A DNA stretch of 64,000 bases, from NCBI GenBank assembly GCA_022763925.1, contig JALERW010000036.1, positions 3,779 to 67,778 on the forward strand, given 5' to 3'. The notes beneath the pieces were generated by a model, which was given only the letters and a program-made list of their open reading frames with translations, was not told the DNA's origin and made no database searches. Origin of the DNA: Lachnospiraceae bacterium. Its GTDB lineage: Bacteria > Bacillota > Clostridia > Lachnospirales > Lachnospiraceae. This document shows, one piece after another, positions 29,398-39,082 of this stretch. Within the stretch, counting starts at the first letter, position 1. Every line of letters starts with the position of its first letter. Both the position numbers and the translations under genes were made by a program.

Positions 29398-30726
29398 ATG
29401 AGTAAACCAGTTGTTGCCATTGTGGGGCGGCCGAATGTGGGAAAATCCACTCTGTTCAATGCCCTGGCAGGAGATAATATTTCCATCGTAAAGGATACGC
29501 CGGGTGTGACGAGAGACCGGATCTACGCAGATGTATCCTGGCTGGATATGAATTTTACCATGATTGACACCGGAGGTATTGAGCCGGACAGTAAAGATGT
29601 GATCCTTTCCCAGATGCGGGAGCAGGCTCAGATTGCCATTGATACCGCGGATGTGATCATTTTTCTTGTGGATGTGCGCCAGGGACTGGTGGATGCGGAT
29701 TCCAAGGTGGCGGACATGCTTCGCAGATCCAGAAAGCCGGTGGTTCTGGCCGTCAATAAGGTGGACAGCTTCAAGAAATTTATGCCGGATGTATATGAAT
29801 TTTATAATCTGGGCATCGGTGAGCCGGTGCCGATCTCCGCATCCTCCCGGCTGGGAATCGGGGAGCTTCTGGATGCGGTGACCGGATATTTTGACAAAAG
29901 GCTGCTGGAGGAGACGGAGGACGAGCGTCCGAGAATTGCCATTGTCGGAAAGCCGAATGTGGGAAAATCCTCCATTATCAATAAGCTGACCGGGGAGAAC
30001 CGGGTGATCGTATCGGATGTGGCCGGGACGACCAGAGATGCCATTGATACGAATATCCGCCACAACGGGAAGGATTATGTGTTTATCGATACCGCCGGAC
30101 TGCGCAGAAAAAATAAGATCAAAGAGGAGCTGGAGCGCTACAGCATTATCCGCACGGTAACGGCAGTGGAACGGGCCGATGTGGTGGTGATCGTGATCGA
30201 CGCGGTGGAGGGTGTGACCGAGCAGGATGCGAAGATTGCAGGCATTGCCCATGAAAGGGGCAAGGGGATCATCATTGCGGTAAACAAGTGGGATGCCATT
30301 GAGAAAAATGACAAGACGGTTTATCAGTATGCCAACAAGATCCGTGAGGTACTGTCCTTCATGCCCTATGCGGAGATTCTTTACATTTCCGCTCAGACCG
30401 GACAGCGTCTCGGCAGACTGTTTGACACGATTGATGCAGTTCTTGAGAACTGTACGATGCGTGTAGCTACAGGTGTGCTCAATGAGATCATGACAGAGGC
30501 TGTGGCTCTGCAGCAGCCGCCGTCCGACCGCGGACACCGTCTGAAGCTCTATTATATTACCCAGGTGGCCGTAAAACCGCCGACCTTTGTGATCTTTGTG
30601 AATGACAAGGAGCTGATGCATTTCTCCTATACCAGATATCTGGAGAACAGGATTCGGGATGCGTTCGGGTTTAAGGGAACCTCTCTCAAGTTCATCATTC
30701 GGGAGAGAAAGGAGAAGGAACAGTAA
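29398..30726 (+). CDS. der: ribosome biogenesis GTPase Der (EngA)
   Basis: two G domains, GRPNVGKS and GKPNVGKS. Confidence 0.98.
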   Translation: MSKPVVAIVGRPNVGKSTLFNALAGDNISIVKDTPGVTRDRIYADVSWLDMNFTMIDTGGIEPDSKDVILSQMREQAQIAIDTADVIIFLVDVRQGLVDADSKVADMLRRSRKPVVLAVNKVDSFKKFMPDVYEFYNLGIGEPVPISASSRLGIGELLDAVTGYFDKRLLEETEDERPRIAIVGKPNVGKSSIINKLTGENRVIVSDVAGTTRDAIDTNIRHNGKDYVFIDTAGLRRKNKIKEELERYSIIRTVTAVERADVVVIVIDAVEGVTEQDAKIAGIAHERGKGIIIAVNKWDAIEKNDKTVYQYANKIREVLSFMPYAEILYISAQTGQRLGRLFDTIDAVLENCTMRVATGVLNEIMTEAVALQQPPSDRGHRLKLYYITQVAVKPPTFVIFVNDKELMHFSYTRYLENRIRDAFGFKGTSLKFIIRERKEKEQ

Positions 30727-31385
30727 TGATTCGTCTGATTTGTCTGGCAGTCGGTTATCTGTTTGGTCTGATACAGACCTCATATATTTACGGAAGGATG
30801 CAAGGAATTGATATCCGGACCCAGGGGAGCGGAAACGCTGGAACGACCAATGCACTCCGGGTGCTGGGAAAGAAAGCGGGGGCCATTACCTTTGTGGGGG
30901 ATGCCTGTAAGTGTATTGCGGCGATTCTGCTGGTGCGCCTTCTTTTTTCCGGGAGCTATCCGGACATGGTTCCGCTTCTCTGTGTATATACGGGTGCAGG
31001 AGTGGTTCTGGGACATAATTTTCCTTTTTATCTGGGCTTTCGGGGCGGAAAGGGGATTGCTGCTTCTGGAGGTATGATGCTGGCCTTCGGTGATTTCCGG
31101 ATTTTTCTGATCTGCCTGTTCGGGTTTATTCTGGCTTACTCGATAACCAACTACGTTTCTCTGGGGTCGCTGGTCCTGTATGCCTGTTTTATGATCCAGA
31201 TTGTTATCTGCGGGCAGCACGGAGACTTCTCCCTGACGGAGCCGAGGCTGACGGAGCTGTATGCGGTTGTGGGCTTCCTGACCCTGATGGCTTTCTGGCA
31301 GCATCGTGCCAATATTGGAAGGCTTCTCAGGGGAACGGAGAATAAGACGTATCTTTTCAGAAAAAAGAAAGAGGACAGAAATTAA
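30726..31385 (+). CDS. plsY: glycerol-3-phosphate acyltransferase PlsY
   Basis: GSGNAGTTNALR, GHNFP..FRGGKGIA, HRANI. Confidence 0.95.
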   Translation: MIRLICLAVGYLFGLIQTSYIYGRMQGIDIRTQGSGNAGTTNALRVLGKKAGAITFVGDACKCIAAILLVRLLFSGSYPDMVPLLCVYTGAGVVLGHNFPFYLGFRGGKGIAASGGMMLAFGDFRIFLICLFGFILAYSITNYVSLGSLVLYACFMIQIVICGQHGDFSLTEPRLTELYAVVGFLTLMAFWQHRANIGRLLRGTENKTYLFRKKKEDRN

Positions 31386-31408
31386 GTGATACATACGAGG
31401 TGAATGAT

Positions 31409-32419
31409 ATGGCAAAGGTTAGTGTGCTGGGAGCAGGGAGCTGGGGGACGGCTCTGACGGTTATGCTTCATAAGAACGGACATGAGGTGACGCTCTGGTC
31501 GGCGCTGCCGGAGGAGGTAAAGCAGCTTTCGAAAGATCGGGAGCAGAAGGAAAAGCTTCCGGGCGTGCGTCTGGATGACAGCATCCGGATTACCGGTGAT
31601 CTGAAAGAAGCGTCCGTTGACCGGGATCTGCTGGTCATGGCAGTCCCGTCCATTTTTGTCAGAGGGACAGCCGGTAAGCTTCGGGGACTGGTCCCGGACG
31701 GGCAGAAAATTGTCTGTGTGGCGAAGGGCATTGAGGAGCAGACCCTGATGATTCTGACCGATATCATAGAAGAGGAGGTACCCGGTGCGGATGCGGCGGT
31801 GCTTTCCGGGCCGAGTCATGCCGAGGAGGCAGGAAGGGGGATCCCCACCACCTGTGTTGTAGGGGCAAAGACAAGACAGACGGCAGAGTATATTCAGAAT
31901 ATTTTCATGAGTGAGACGTTTCGGGTATATACGAGCCCGGACATGCTGGGCATCGAGCTGGGAGGAGCCCTGAAAAATGTAGTGGCTCTTGCTGCGGGAA
32001 TTGCGGATGGGCTTGGCTATGGGGATAATACAAAGGCGGCACTGATCACAAGGGGGATGGCAGAGATTTCCCGTCTGGGAATTGCAATGGGCGGCAAATT
32101 TGAAACCTTCTACGGCCTGTCGGGTATCGGAGATCTGATTGTTACCTGTGCCAGTGTGCACAGCAGGAACCGGAAGGCCGGCTGCCTGATCGGACAGGGC
32201 TATACGATGGAGGCGGCCATGAAGGAAGTTCAGATGGTAGTGGAAGGCGTATATTCGGCGAAGGCAGCCAGAAGGCTGGCGGAAAAATATCAGGTGGAGA
32301 TGCCGATCATCGAGAAGGTGAATCAGGTGCTTTTCGAGGGAAAGCCGGCTGCTGAGGCAGTACGGGAACTGATGATTCGGGATAAAAAGCTGGAGACCGG
32401 GGCACTTTTATGGGAATAG
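31409..32419 (+). CDS. gpsA: NAD(P)H-dependent glycerol-3-phosphate dehydrogenase
   Basis: GAGSWGTAL, SGPSHAEE, GGALKNV, GDLIVTC.S..SRNR. Confidence 0.96.
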   Translation: MAKVSVLGAGSWGTALTVMLHKNGHEVTLWSALPEEVKQLSKDREQKEKLPGVRLDDSIRITGDLKEASVDRDLLVMAVPSIFVRGTAGKLRGLVPDGQKIVCVAKGIEEQTLMILTDIIEEEVPGADAAVLSGPSHAEEAGRGIPTTCVVGAKTRQTAEYIQNIFMSETFRVYTSPDMLGIELGGALKNVVALAAGIADGLGYGDNTKAALITRGMAEISRLGIAMGGKFETFYGLSGIGDLIVTCASVHSRNRKAGCLIGQGYTMEAAMKEVQMVVEGVYSAKAARRLAEKYQVEMPIIEKVNQVLFEGKPAAEAVRELMIRDKKLETGALLWE

Positions 32420-32462
32420 GGATCGGAATATGTGGTTTTTCGGAAAATCTTCGGGAAAGAAA

Positions 32463-32491
32463 TTGAAACATGTCGAATACTGGTGTATAAT
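32463..32491 (+). promoter_or_regulatory. sigmaA promoter of the nucleoside island
   Basis: TTGAAA-17 nt-TATAAT. Confidence 0.7.
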
Positions 32492-32603
32492 GACAACAGG
32501 ATGTTTGTAAAAAATTTGTAAAGAAAAAGAGCTATTCGAACAGAGAAAAAACAGAAAAATACAAAATACTTTCGATGGGAATTCAGAAAGGTTGGTTTTT
32601 GCG

Positions 32604-33941
32604 ATGAATTGTGACATTATTATCAGTGACTGCAGTGTGCTTTCAAAGGACTTTAAGATTCTGGAACACAGAAGTGTGGCCATTGGCGATACAAGGATTC
32701 TGGCGGTCCGGCCTGCCGGTGAGGTGGAGCAGCTTTATGAAGCAGATGAGGTTCTGGACGGAAGCGGTAAATTACTGATGCCGGGTTTCAATGACGGACA
32801 TACGCATACCTGCCAGCAGCTCTTAAGGGGCAGAACGGCAGATGAATATCCGATGATTTGGACCCGTTTTTTAGTGCCCTTTGAAAGCAGCCTGACACCC
32901 GAGGATGTCAGAGTGAGCGCGGATCTTCACTGCCTGGAGATGATTAAGGCCGGCTTTACCGGTTTTGCGGATGCCGGCGGAGTTCACATGGATCAGGTTG
33001 CCGAGGCAGTGATTGCGTCCGGTATGCGGGCAGCCCTTACGAAATCTACTATGGACAGCGGGCCTGCCATTACGGACCGGATGAAGGAGAGCTGTGAGGA
33101 CAATATCCGTCATACAGAGGAGCTGTACCGGGCTTATCAGGGAAGCGGAGACGGGAGAGTGGATATCTGGTTCGGCATTCGCCAGGTGATGACCTGTTCT
33201 TCGAAGCTGGTGCGGATGGTAGGGGAGAAAGCAGCGGAATACCATACTGGTATCCATGCGCATCTGTGTGAGCATAAGGATGAGGTGAGCTTCTGTCTGC
33301 AGAATTACCGGATGCGTCCGGCAGAGTTTTTAAATGAGATGGGAGTACTGGGACCGAATCTTCTGACTGCACATAATGTGCTGCTTTCGGAGCATGATAT
33401 TACACTGATGGCGGAAAAGCAGGTGAAGGTAATTCACTGTCCGAGGTCGAATTTCTCCAACCACGGATTCCCCAAGACCCCGCGGATGCTGGAATGCGGG
33501 ATCAATATCGGTATCGGCTGTGACGGGGCTTCTTCGGTTTCTCTGGATATGTTCGAGGAGCTTCGGATCCTGAAGCACGGGATCGTTTCCTACTGGGGGC
33601 TTCCGGTGTTTGATCCGGTGGTGCTTCCGATGAAGGAGCTGCTGAAGATGGCGACAATCGGCGGAGCTGTGGCTATGGGGCATGGGGATGAGATCGGAAC
33701 CGTGGAGGAAGGAAAGCTTGCAGATTTGATTCTGGTGAATATCCGTCAGCCGCATCTGTATCCGACGCAGAATCTCTGCAATACGCTGGTGGCTGCCGGA
33801 AGAGGAAGCGATGTCACGGATTCCATCATCAACGGAAGGCTGGTCATGAAGGACCGGCAGGTGCTGACCATTGATGAGGAAAAGGTGCTGGCCGACAGTG
33901 CACAGCATATGGAAGAAATCGTTAGGAGAGCGGGAATCTGA
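32604..33941 (+). CDS. amidohydrolase-family deaminase (MtaD/AtzB/SsnA-like)
   Basis: MPGFNDGHTH, HAHLCE, AHNV, HCPRSN, GCDG metal ligands. Confidence 0.85.
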   Translation: MNCDIIISDCSVLSKDFKILEHRSVAIGDTRILAVRPAGEVEQLYEADEVLDGSGKLLMPGFNDGHTHTCQQLLRGRTADEYPMIWTRFLVPFESSLTPEDVRVSADLHCLEMIKAGFTGFADAGGVHMDQVAEAVIASGMRAALTKSTMDSGPAITDRMKESCEDNIRHTEELYRAYQGSGDGRVDIWFGIRQVMTCSSKLVRMVGEKAAEYHTGIHAHLCEHKDEVSFCLQNYRMRPAEFLNEMGVLGPNLLTAHNVLLSEHDITLMAEKQVKVIHCPRSNFSNHGFPKTPRMLECGINIGIGCDGASSVSLDMFEELRILKHGIVSYWGLPVFDPVVLPMKELLKMATIGGAVAMGHGDEIGTVEEGKLADLILVNIRQPHLYPTQNLCNTLVAAGRGSDVTDSIINGRLVMKDRQVLTIDEEKVLADSAQHMEEIVRRAGI

Positions 33942-34897
33942 TGAAAAAGCTGATATTAAGTGTGGATACCGGAATCGATGACGCACTGGCCATTGCTTAT
34001 GCAGCCGGGCAGCAGGAGATGGAGCTGATCGGCCTTACGGTTTCCTACGGAATGTCCACAGTGGAGAATACGTATCGAAATACAAGGAAATTTGCGGAAC
34101 TGATCGGCCTTACGGTTCCGGTGTATATGGGAAGCAGCAAGCCCATGGTGCGGCCGGGCAGAGATTACCGGACGACCGGAAGCCGTATTCACGGAAGAGA
34201 CGGAATGGCGAACATGTTCGGCGAGCATGTGCCGGAAGATATCGAAGGCGCGGTGCCGGAGGAGGCCATTGATTATATTATTGAGAGTGTTCACAGATAC
34301 GGAAAGGATCTGGTGCTGGTGACGACCGGTCCGATGACGGATCTGGCAAAGGTGATAAAGAAGGATCCAAAGGTGATGGAGAAGATCGGAGCCATCTATT
34401 CCATGGTCGGAGCACTGGCAGCCCCGGGAAATGTGAATCCCTATATGGAGGCCAATGCGGGGATGGACCCGGAAGCGGTAAAGTTTGTTCTGGAGTCGGA
34501 TCCGCCGCTGACGGTGATCGGCCTGGATGTGACGAGAAAGACGCTGATGAGTCTTGAGGATCTGAAGCGCTGGCAGGAGATCGGAACCGAACGTTCCGGG
34601 TTCCTGTCGGGATGTGTGGAATTTTATCTGGATGCTTATCGTGTGATGCATCCTTACCTGAAGGGCTGCGCCCTCCATGATCCTCTGGCTGTCGGAGCGG
34701 CGCTGCATCCGGAATGGATCCATACCGTTCCCATGCATCTGACCTGTGTTACGGAAGGGGAGGCAGACGGAAGAACCTGTGAGGACCTGAGCCGGTGTGA
34801 TGATCCGGTGTATCATTCCGCGGGAGCGCTGTTTGTGGACAGCAAAGCATTTGAAAAACACTTTTTTGATACAGTAGAACGGGTGCTTCGCGGATAG
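33941..34897 (+). CDS. nucleoside hydrolase (IU-NH family)
   Basis: SVDTGIDDALA, TGPMT, EANAGMDPEA, GLDVT, LHDPLAV. Confidence 0.9.
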   Translation: MKKLILSVDTGIDDALAIAYAAGQQEMELIGLTVSYGMSTVENTYRNTRKFAELIGLTVPVYMGSSKPMVRPGRDYRTTGSRIHGRDGMANMFGEHVPEDIEGAVPEEAIDYIIESVHRYGKDLVLVTTGPMTDLAKVIKKDPKVMEKIGAIYSMVGALAAPGNVNPYMEANAGMDPEAVKFVLESDPPLTVIGLDVTRKTLMSLEDLKRWQEIGTERSGFLSGCVEFYLDAYRVMHPYLKGCALHDPLAVGAALHPEWIHTVPMHLTCVTEGEADGRTCEDLSRCDDPVYHSAGALFVDSKAFEKHFFDTVERVLRG

Positions 34898-34922
34898 TGC
34901 CCGAAAATGTCCAGGAGAGAAT

Positions 34923-35402
34923 ATGAAGAAAATATACACGGCCGGATTTGATGTGTTTCATCCGGATGGAAGAGCGCATATGGAAGCGCTGCATGCACTT
35001 TGCAGAAAATACGGTTTTGAACCGGAGCCTCTCGGTGTCCCTAAGCCGGGAATGCCAAAGGTATCCGGGCCGGATGGCTTTTTTGAGAAGGATATTGAAA
35101 TGCTGGATGACTGCGATATCGTGGCAGCCAATCTGAACAGCTTCCGGGGATTTGAGATGGACTGCGGGACTGCCTTTGAGCTGGGCTATGCCTATGCAAG
35201 AGGGAAAAAGCTGTACGGCTATATGTCGGATACAAGGCCTGTGGCGGAAAGATACGGATGTCTGACCGATGAGAACGGTTTTCGGGTGGAGAATTACGGG
35301 CTTCCCATCAACCTGATGATCGGCTGCAGTGTACAAATTGTTGAAGGAACTTTAGAGGACTGTCTGCGGGTGATTGCTGCCAGGGAGCTTAAGGACGAGT
35401 GA
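34923..35402 (+). CDS. nucleoside 2-deoxyribosyltransferase / nucleotide N-glycosidase family
   Basis: IYTAGFDVF, DCGTAFELGYAYARGK, NLMI. Confidence 0.87.
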   Translation: MKKIYTAGFDVFHPDGRAHMEALHALCRKYGFEPEPLGVPKPGMPKVSGPDGFFEKDIEMLDDCDIVAANLNSFRGFEMDCGTAFELGYAYARGKKLYGYMSDTRPVAERYGCLTDENGFRVENYGLPINLMIGCSVQIVEGTLEDCLRVIAARELKDE

Positions 35403-35444
35403 CCGGGCACAGGAGGCCGTGAAAGATAAAGGAGTGTTCTGCCA

Positions 35445-36977
35445 ATGGAAAATCTGTTAGAACTGAAAAACGTGACAAAGATTTATGAGGGCGGTGTTCT
35501 GGCGAACCATAACATCTGCTTCGATGTCCGGGAGGGAGAGATTCATGCGCTGGTGGGAGAAAACGGTGCGGGCAAGAGTACACTGATGAAGATACTCTTC
35601 GGGCTGATTCCCATTACTTCCGGACAGATCTTTCTGCGGGGAAAGGAAGTAAAATTCAATTCCAGCAGTGATGCCATCGCAGCCGGCATCGGTATGGTGC
35701 ATCAGCATTTTATGCTGGTGGATTCTCTGACCGGTGCGGAAAATATGATGCTGGGCATTAAGGAAGAAAAGTTTGTCAGCAACAGGAAAGCGGATATTGA
35801 GAAGACGAGGGAAATTGCGGACAAGTATCATTTTGACATTGATCCGGAGAAGCGGGTCCGTGATATGAGTGTCGGAATGAAACAAAAGCTGGAAATCCTG
35901 AAGATACTTTACCGCGGAGCCAGGCTGATTATTCTGGATGAACCCACGGCGGTTCTGACGCCCCAGGAGACGGAGGAGCTGTTTGAACGCCTGATCGATC
36001 TGAAAAAACAGGGAATGACCATCATTTTCATTTCCCACAAGCTGAACGAGGTAAAACGGATCAGCGACCGTATTACCGTATTAAAGGGAGGAAAGACCAA
36101 GGGTACGTTCAACACCGCGGATGTGACGGAGGAAGAGATCTCCAACAAGATGGTGGGACGAGTCATTTCCTTCAGCTATGAGAAGAAACCGATGAAGCCT
36201 CAAAAGGAGCTTCTTCGTGTGGAAAATCTGACCTTTAAGGACCGTTTTGATGTCATGAAGCTGGACGGTGTATCCTTCAGCGTGAAAGACAGTGAGATCG
36301 TGGGTATCGCAGGTGTGGAAGGCAATGGTCAGGAGGAGCTGATCAATATTATCACAGCTAATCTGCGTGCCCGTTCCGGCAGCGTGGAGTTTAAAGGAAA
36401 GGATATCACCAGGGAGAGCATCGGGGCGGTGCGTCAGATGGGAATGTCTTATGTTCCGGAGGATCGTCTGTATAACGGCTGTGCAGCGTCGATGAGCGTT
36501 CAGGAGAATCTGATGGTTTCCAATATTGACTCCTTTGCACGTAAAAGCAAGGTCGTGGATTTTAAGAAGGTGAAGGAGCACTGCAGGACGCTGATTCAGG
36601 AATTCAATGTGAAGACAAAGGATGAGAATCAGCCGATCAAGAGTCTGTCCGGAGGAAACATACAGAAAGCCATTGTTGCGAGAGAGTTTTGTGCGGGAAG
36701 TAATCTTCTGGTGCTGGATCAGCCTACCCGGGGGGTGGATGTCGGCGCCATGAACTTTATCCATCAGAAAATTCTGGAGATGAGAAGCGCAGGAAAGGGT
36801 ATCCTGCTGTCCAGTGCGGATCTGACGGAGCTGATTGCCTTAAGTGACCGGATTCTTGTCATGCACAAGGGAAAGATTGTAGCCTCCCTTGATAATGAGC
36901 CGAAGGTAAGTGACAAGGAGCTTGGACTTTACATGCTTGGAATCAAGACACAGGAAGGAGGAAACGAAGATGAATAA
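35445..36977 (+). CDS. nucleoside/sugar ABC transporter ATPase (two NBDs)
   Basis: GENGAGKSTL, GMVHQHF, LSGGNIQK, QPTRGVDVG. Confidence 0.93.
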   Translation: MENLLELKNVTKIYEGGVLANHNICFDVREGEIHALVGENGAGKSTLMKILFGLIPITSGQIFLRGKEVKFNSSSDAIAAGIGMVHQHFMLVDSLTGAENMMLGIKEEKFVSNRKADIEKTREIADKYHFDIDPEKRVRDMSVGMKQKLEILKILYRGARLIILDEPTAVLTPQETEELFERLIDLKKQGMTIIFISHKLNEVKRISDRITVLKGGKTKGTFNTADVTEEEISNKMVGRVISFSYEKKPMKPQKELLRVENLTFKDRFDVMKLDGVSFSVKDSEIVGIAGVEGNGQEELINIITANLRARSGSVEFKGKDITRESIGAVRQMGMSYVPEDRLYNGCAASMSVQENLMVSNIDSFARKSKVVDFKKVKEHCRTLIQEFNVKTKDENQPIKSLSGGNIQKAIVAREFCAGSNLLVLDQPTRGVDVGAMNFIHQKILEMRSAGKGILLSSADLTELIALSDRILVMHKGKIVASLDNEPKVSDKELGLYMLGIKTQEGGNEDE

Positions 36978-38067
36978 GAAAAAGAAATTCGATATTATGA
37001 ATTATTTCAATGTCATCCGGATTGTGATTGCCATGGCTATCGCCCTCCTGATCGTATTTGCAATTATTTTCTTCGTAAGCGAGGATCCGGTATTTGCCAT
37101 CCAGAAGCTGATGCTCGGGCCTCTTCAGACCAAGAGAAGCTTTTTTAATGTCATTGAACGGGCGGTGCCGCTTATTTTTACTGGTCTGTCCCTGAATATC
37201 GTGCTTCGAAGCGGTGTATTTAATATCGCTGCGGACGGAGCATTTTATATGGGCGCTGTAATTGCCACAGCCATTGCGATCCGTGTACCGCTGCCGAATA
37301 TTCTGCATCAGTTTGTGCTGATTGTGGCGGCAGCCATTGCAGGAGGATTTATCTCCATGCTTCCGGTACTGATCAACAAATATACGAAGGTGGACCCGAC
37401 GGTATTATCCATCATGTTCAACTCCATCTTTTATTATCTGGGCCTTTCCATTATCAGCGCCTTCTTCCTGGAGGGAAGCGGAAGCTGGGGAAGTGCCAAA
37501 TTCCCGGCAGATGCCAAGCTTGGCAATCTGATCAAGGGAACCAGCATGAATTACGGATTCCTGATTCTGATTGCATCCATCATTTTTGTTGTGATCCTGA
37601 TGGAGAAGACCTCCTTTGGATACAAGGTGCGTGTTACCGGCATCAATCCGGCCTTCGCAAAGACTGCGGGAATCAAGACCGGAAAGATCATTCTCGGTGC
37701 GCAGTTTATCGGCGGTATATTTGCAGGTATGGGCGGAGCCATCGAGATGGTGGGTATGTATAAGCGGTTTTACTGGCAGAGCCCGGTAAATTATGTATGG
37801 GACGGTCTTCTGGTGCATATGCTTGCCAACCAGAATCCGGTGTTCATTCCGCTGACGGCCTTTTTCATTGCATATTTGAGAATCGGAGCGGAAATCATGT
37901 CCCGCGCAACGGATCTGGACCCGGAGGTCGTAACCTTCCTGCAGGGAATTATCATCCTGCTGGTGGCATCCGAACGGTTCCTGTACAAATTTAAACAGAA
38001 GCATGAACAGAAGCTTGCGCTGGAACAGGCAGAGCTGGCTTCCGCACAGGAAGGAGGCAACGCATAA
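36970..38067 (+). CDS. nucleoside ABC permease (NupB-like)
   Basis: multi-pass membrane protein, GVFNIAADG, BPD_transp_2-like. Confidence 0.88.
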   Translation: MNKKKKFDIMNYFNVIRIVIAMAIALLIVFAIIFFVSEDPVFAIQKLMLGPLQTKRSFFNVIERAVPLIFTGLSLNIVLRSGVFNIAADGAFYMGAVIATAIAIRVPLPNILHQFVLIVAAAIAGGFISMLPVLINKYTKVDPTVLSIMFNSIFYYLGLSIISAFFLEGSGSWGSAKFPADAKLGNLIKGTSMNYGFLILIASIIFVVILMEKTSFGYKVRVTGINPAFAKTAGIKTGKIILGAQFIGGIFAGMGGAIEMVGMYKRFYWQSPVNYVWDGLLVHMLANQNPVFIPLTAFFIAYLRIGAEIMSRATDLDPEVVTFLQGIIILLVASERFLYKFKQKHEQKLALEQAELASAQEGGNA

Positions 38068-38987
38068 TGGCATTTCTGGCATCACCAAGCTTTTGGTTTT
38101 CGGTTCTTGCAAGCACGACGCCCGTTATGCTTGCAACACTGGCTGCGAATATTGTCAGCCAGGCGGGAATTTTCAATCTCGCCATTGAGGGTACCATGCT
38201 GATCTGCGCGCTGGCGGGTGTTCTGGCAAGTGCGTATTCGAAGAGCCTTCTTGTGGGGGCACTGGTGGGAATCGCTTTTGGCATTCTGGTTTCTTTTGTT
38301 CTGGGATATTTCACCCTTGTGATGAGAGGACCGATGAATGCCTGCGGTGTTGCGATCAATCTGACTGCTACCGGAGGTACGGTATTCGTGCTGGTGCTGA
38401 CCGCAGGAAGCAAAATCACCAGCAGTTCCCTGGTGAGCAAGACGTTTCCGAATATTACGATCCCCGGACTGAAATCCATTCCATTCATCGGATCGGTTTT
38501 ATCGGGACACAATTTTATTACCTATGTGGGCTGGATCCTTGTGGCTCTGACCTGGTTCCTTCTCTATAAAACAAAGCTCGGGCTTAATATCCGGGCGGTT
38601 GGTGAAAATGAGGAGGCTGCGCAGTCTGCAGGCATCAATGTGCTGAAGACCCGGTTTATTGCGCTTACATTCTGCGGTGTATTCTGTGCACTGGGCGGCA
38701 TGTACCTGTCTATGGGATCCCTGAAGTCCTTTACCGCAGGAATGGTATCCGGGAGAGGCTATCTGTCTTTAGCCATGCAGGCAATCAGCCAGGGCAACCC
38801 GGTTCTGGGCTTTTTAAGCTCCCTGCTGTACGGCTTTTCGGATACGATTACCGTGTATCTGCAGCTGTACAGTGATCTGGATCTGAAGCTGATCGATGCA
38901 TTCCCGTATGTATTTATCATCGTTGTGCTGACGATTCTTCAGGTAAGCAAGTCGAAGGCGGAGGCCCGCCGGGCAAAGGCTGCATAG
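38067..38987 (+). CDS. nucleoside ABC permease (NupC-like)
   Basis: AGIFNLAIEG, RAVGEN..AA.SAGINV, GRGYLSLA. Confidence 0.9.
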   Translation: MAFLASPSFWFSVLASTTPVMLATLAANIVSQAGIFNLAIEGTMLICALAGVLASAYSKSLLVGALVGIAFGILVSFVLGYFTLVMRGPMNACGVAINLTATGGTVFVLVLTAGSKITSSSLVSKTFPNITIPGLKSIPFIGSVLSGHNFITYVGWILVALTWFLLYKTKLGLNIRAVGENEEAAQSAGINVLKTRFIALTFCGVFCALGGMYLSMGSLKSFTAGMVSGRGYLSLAMQAISQGNPVLGFLSSLLYGFSDTITVYLQLYSDLDLKLIDAFPYVFIIVVLTILQVSKSKAEARRAKAA

Positions 38988-39082
38988 AAAGCTGACCTTC
39001 AGCTGTAGGGAAGAATATAGAAGCCTGTGGCTTTTATAGGATAAATTGTATATATGAAACGAATAAGAGGAGGATTGGACCA

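Noticed and set aside
29392-30855. 487-aa minus-strand ORF, and similar long antisense ORFs at 2622-3722, 25843-27174, 49777-51216 and 54543-55679
   Set aside because: each lies fully antisense to well-conserved genes, has no recognisable motifs, and is explained by codon bias leaving few stops in the opposite frame
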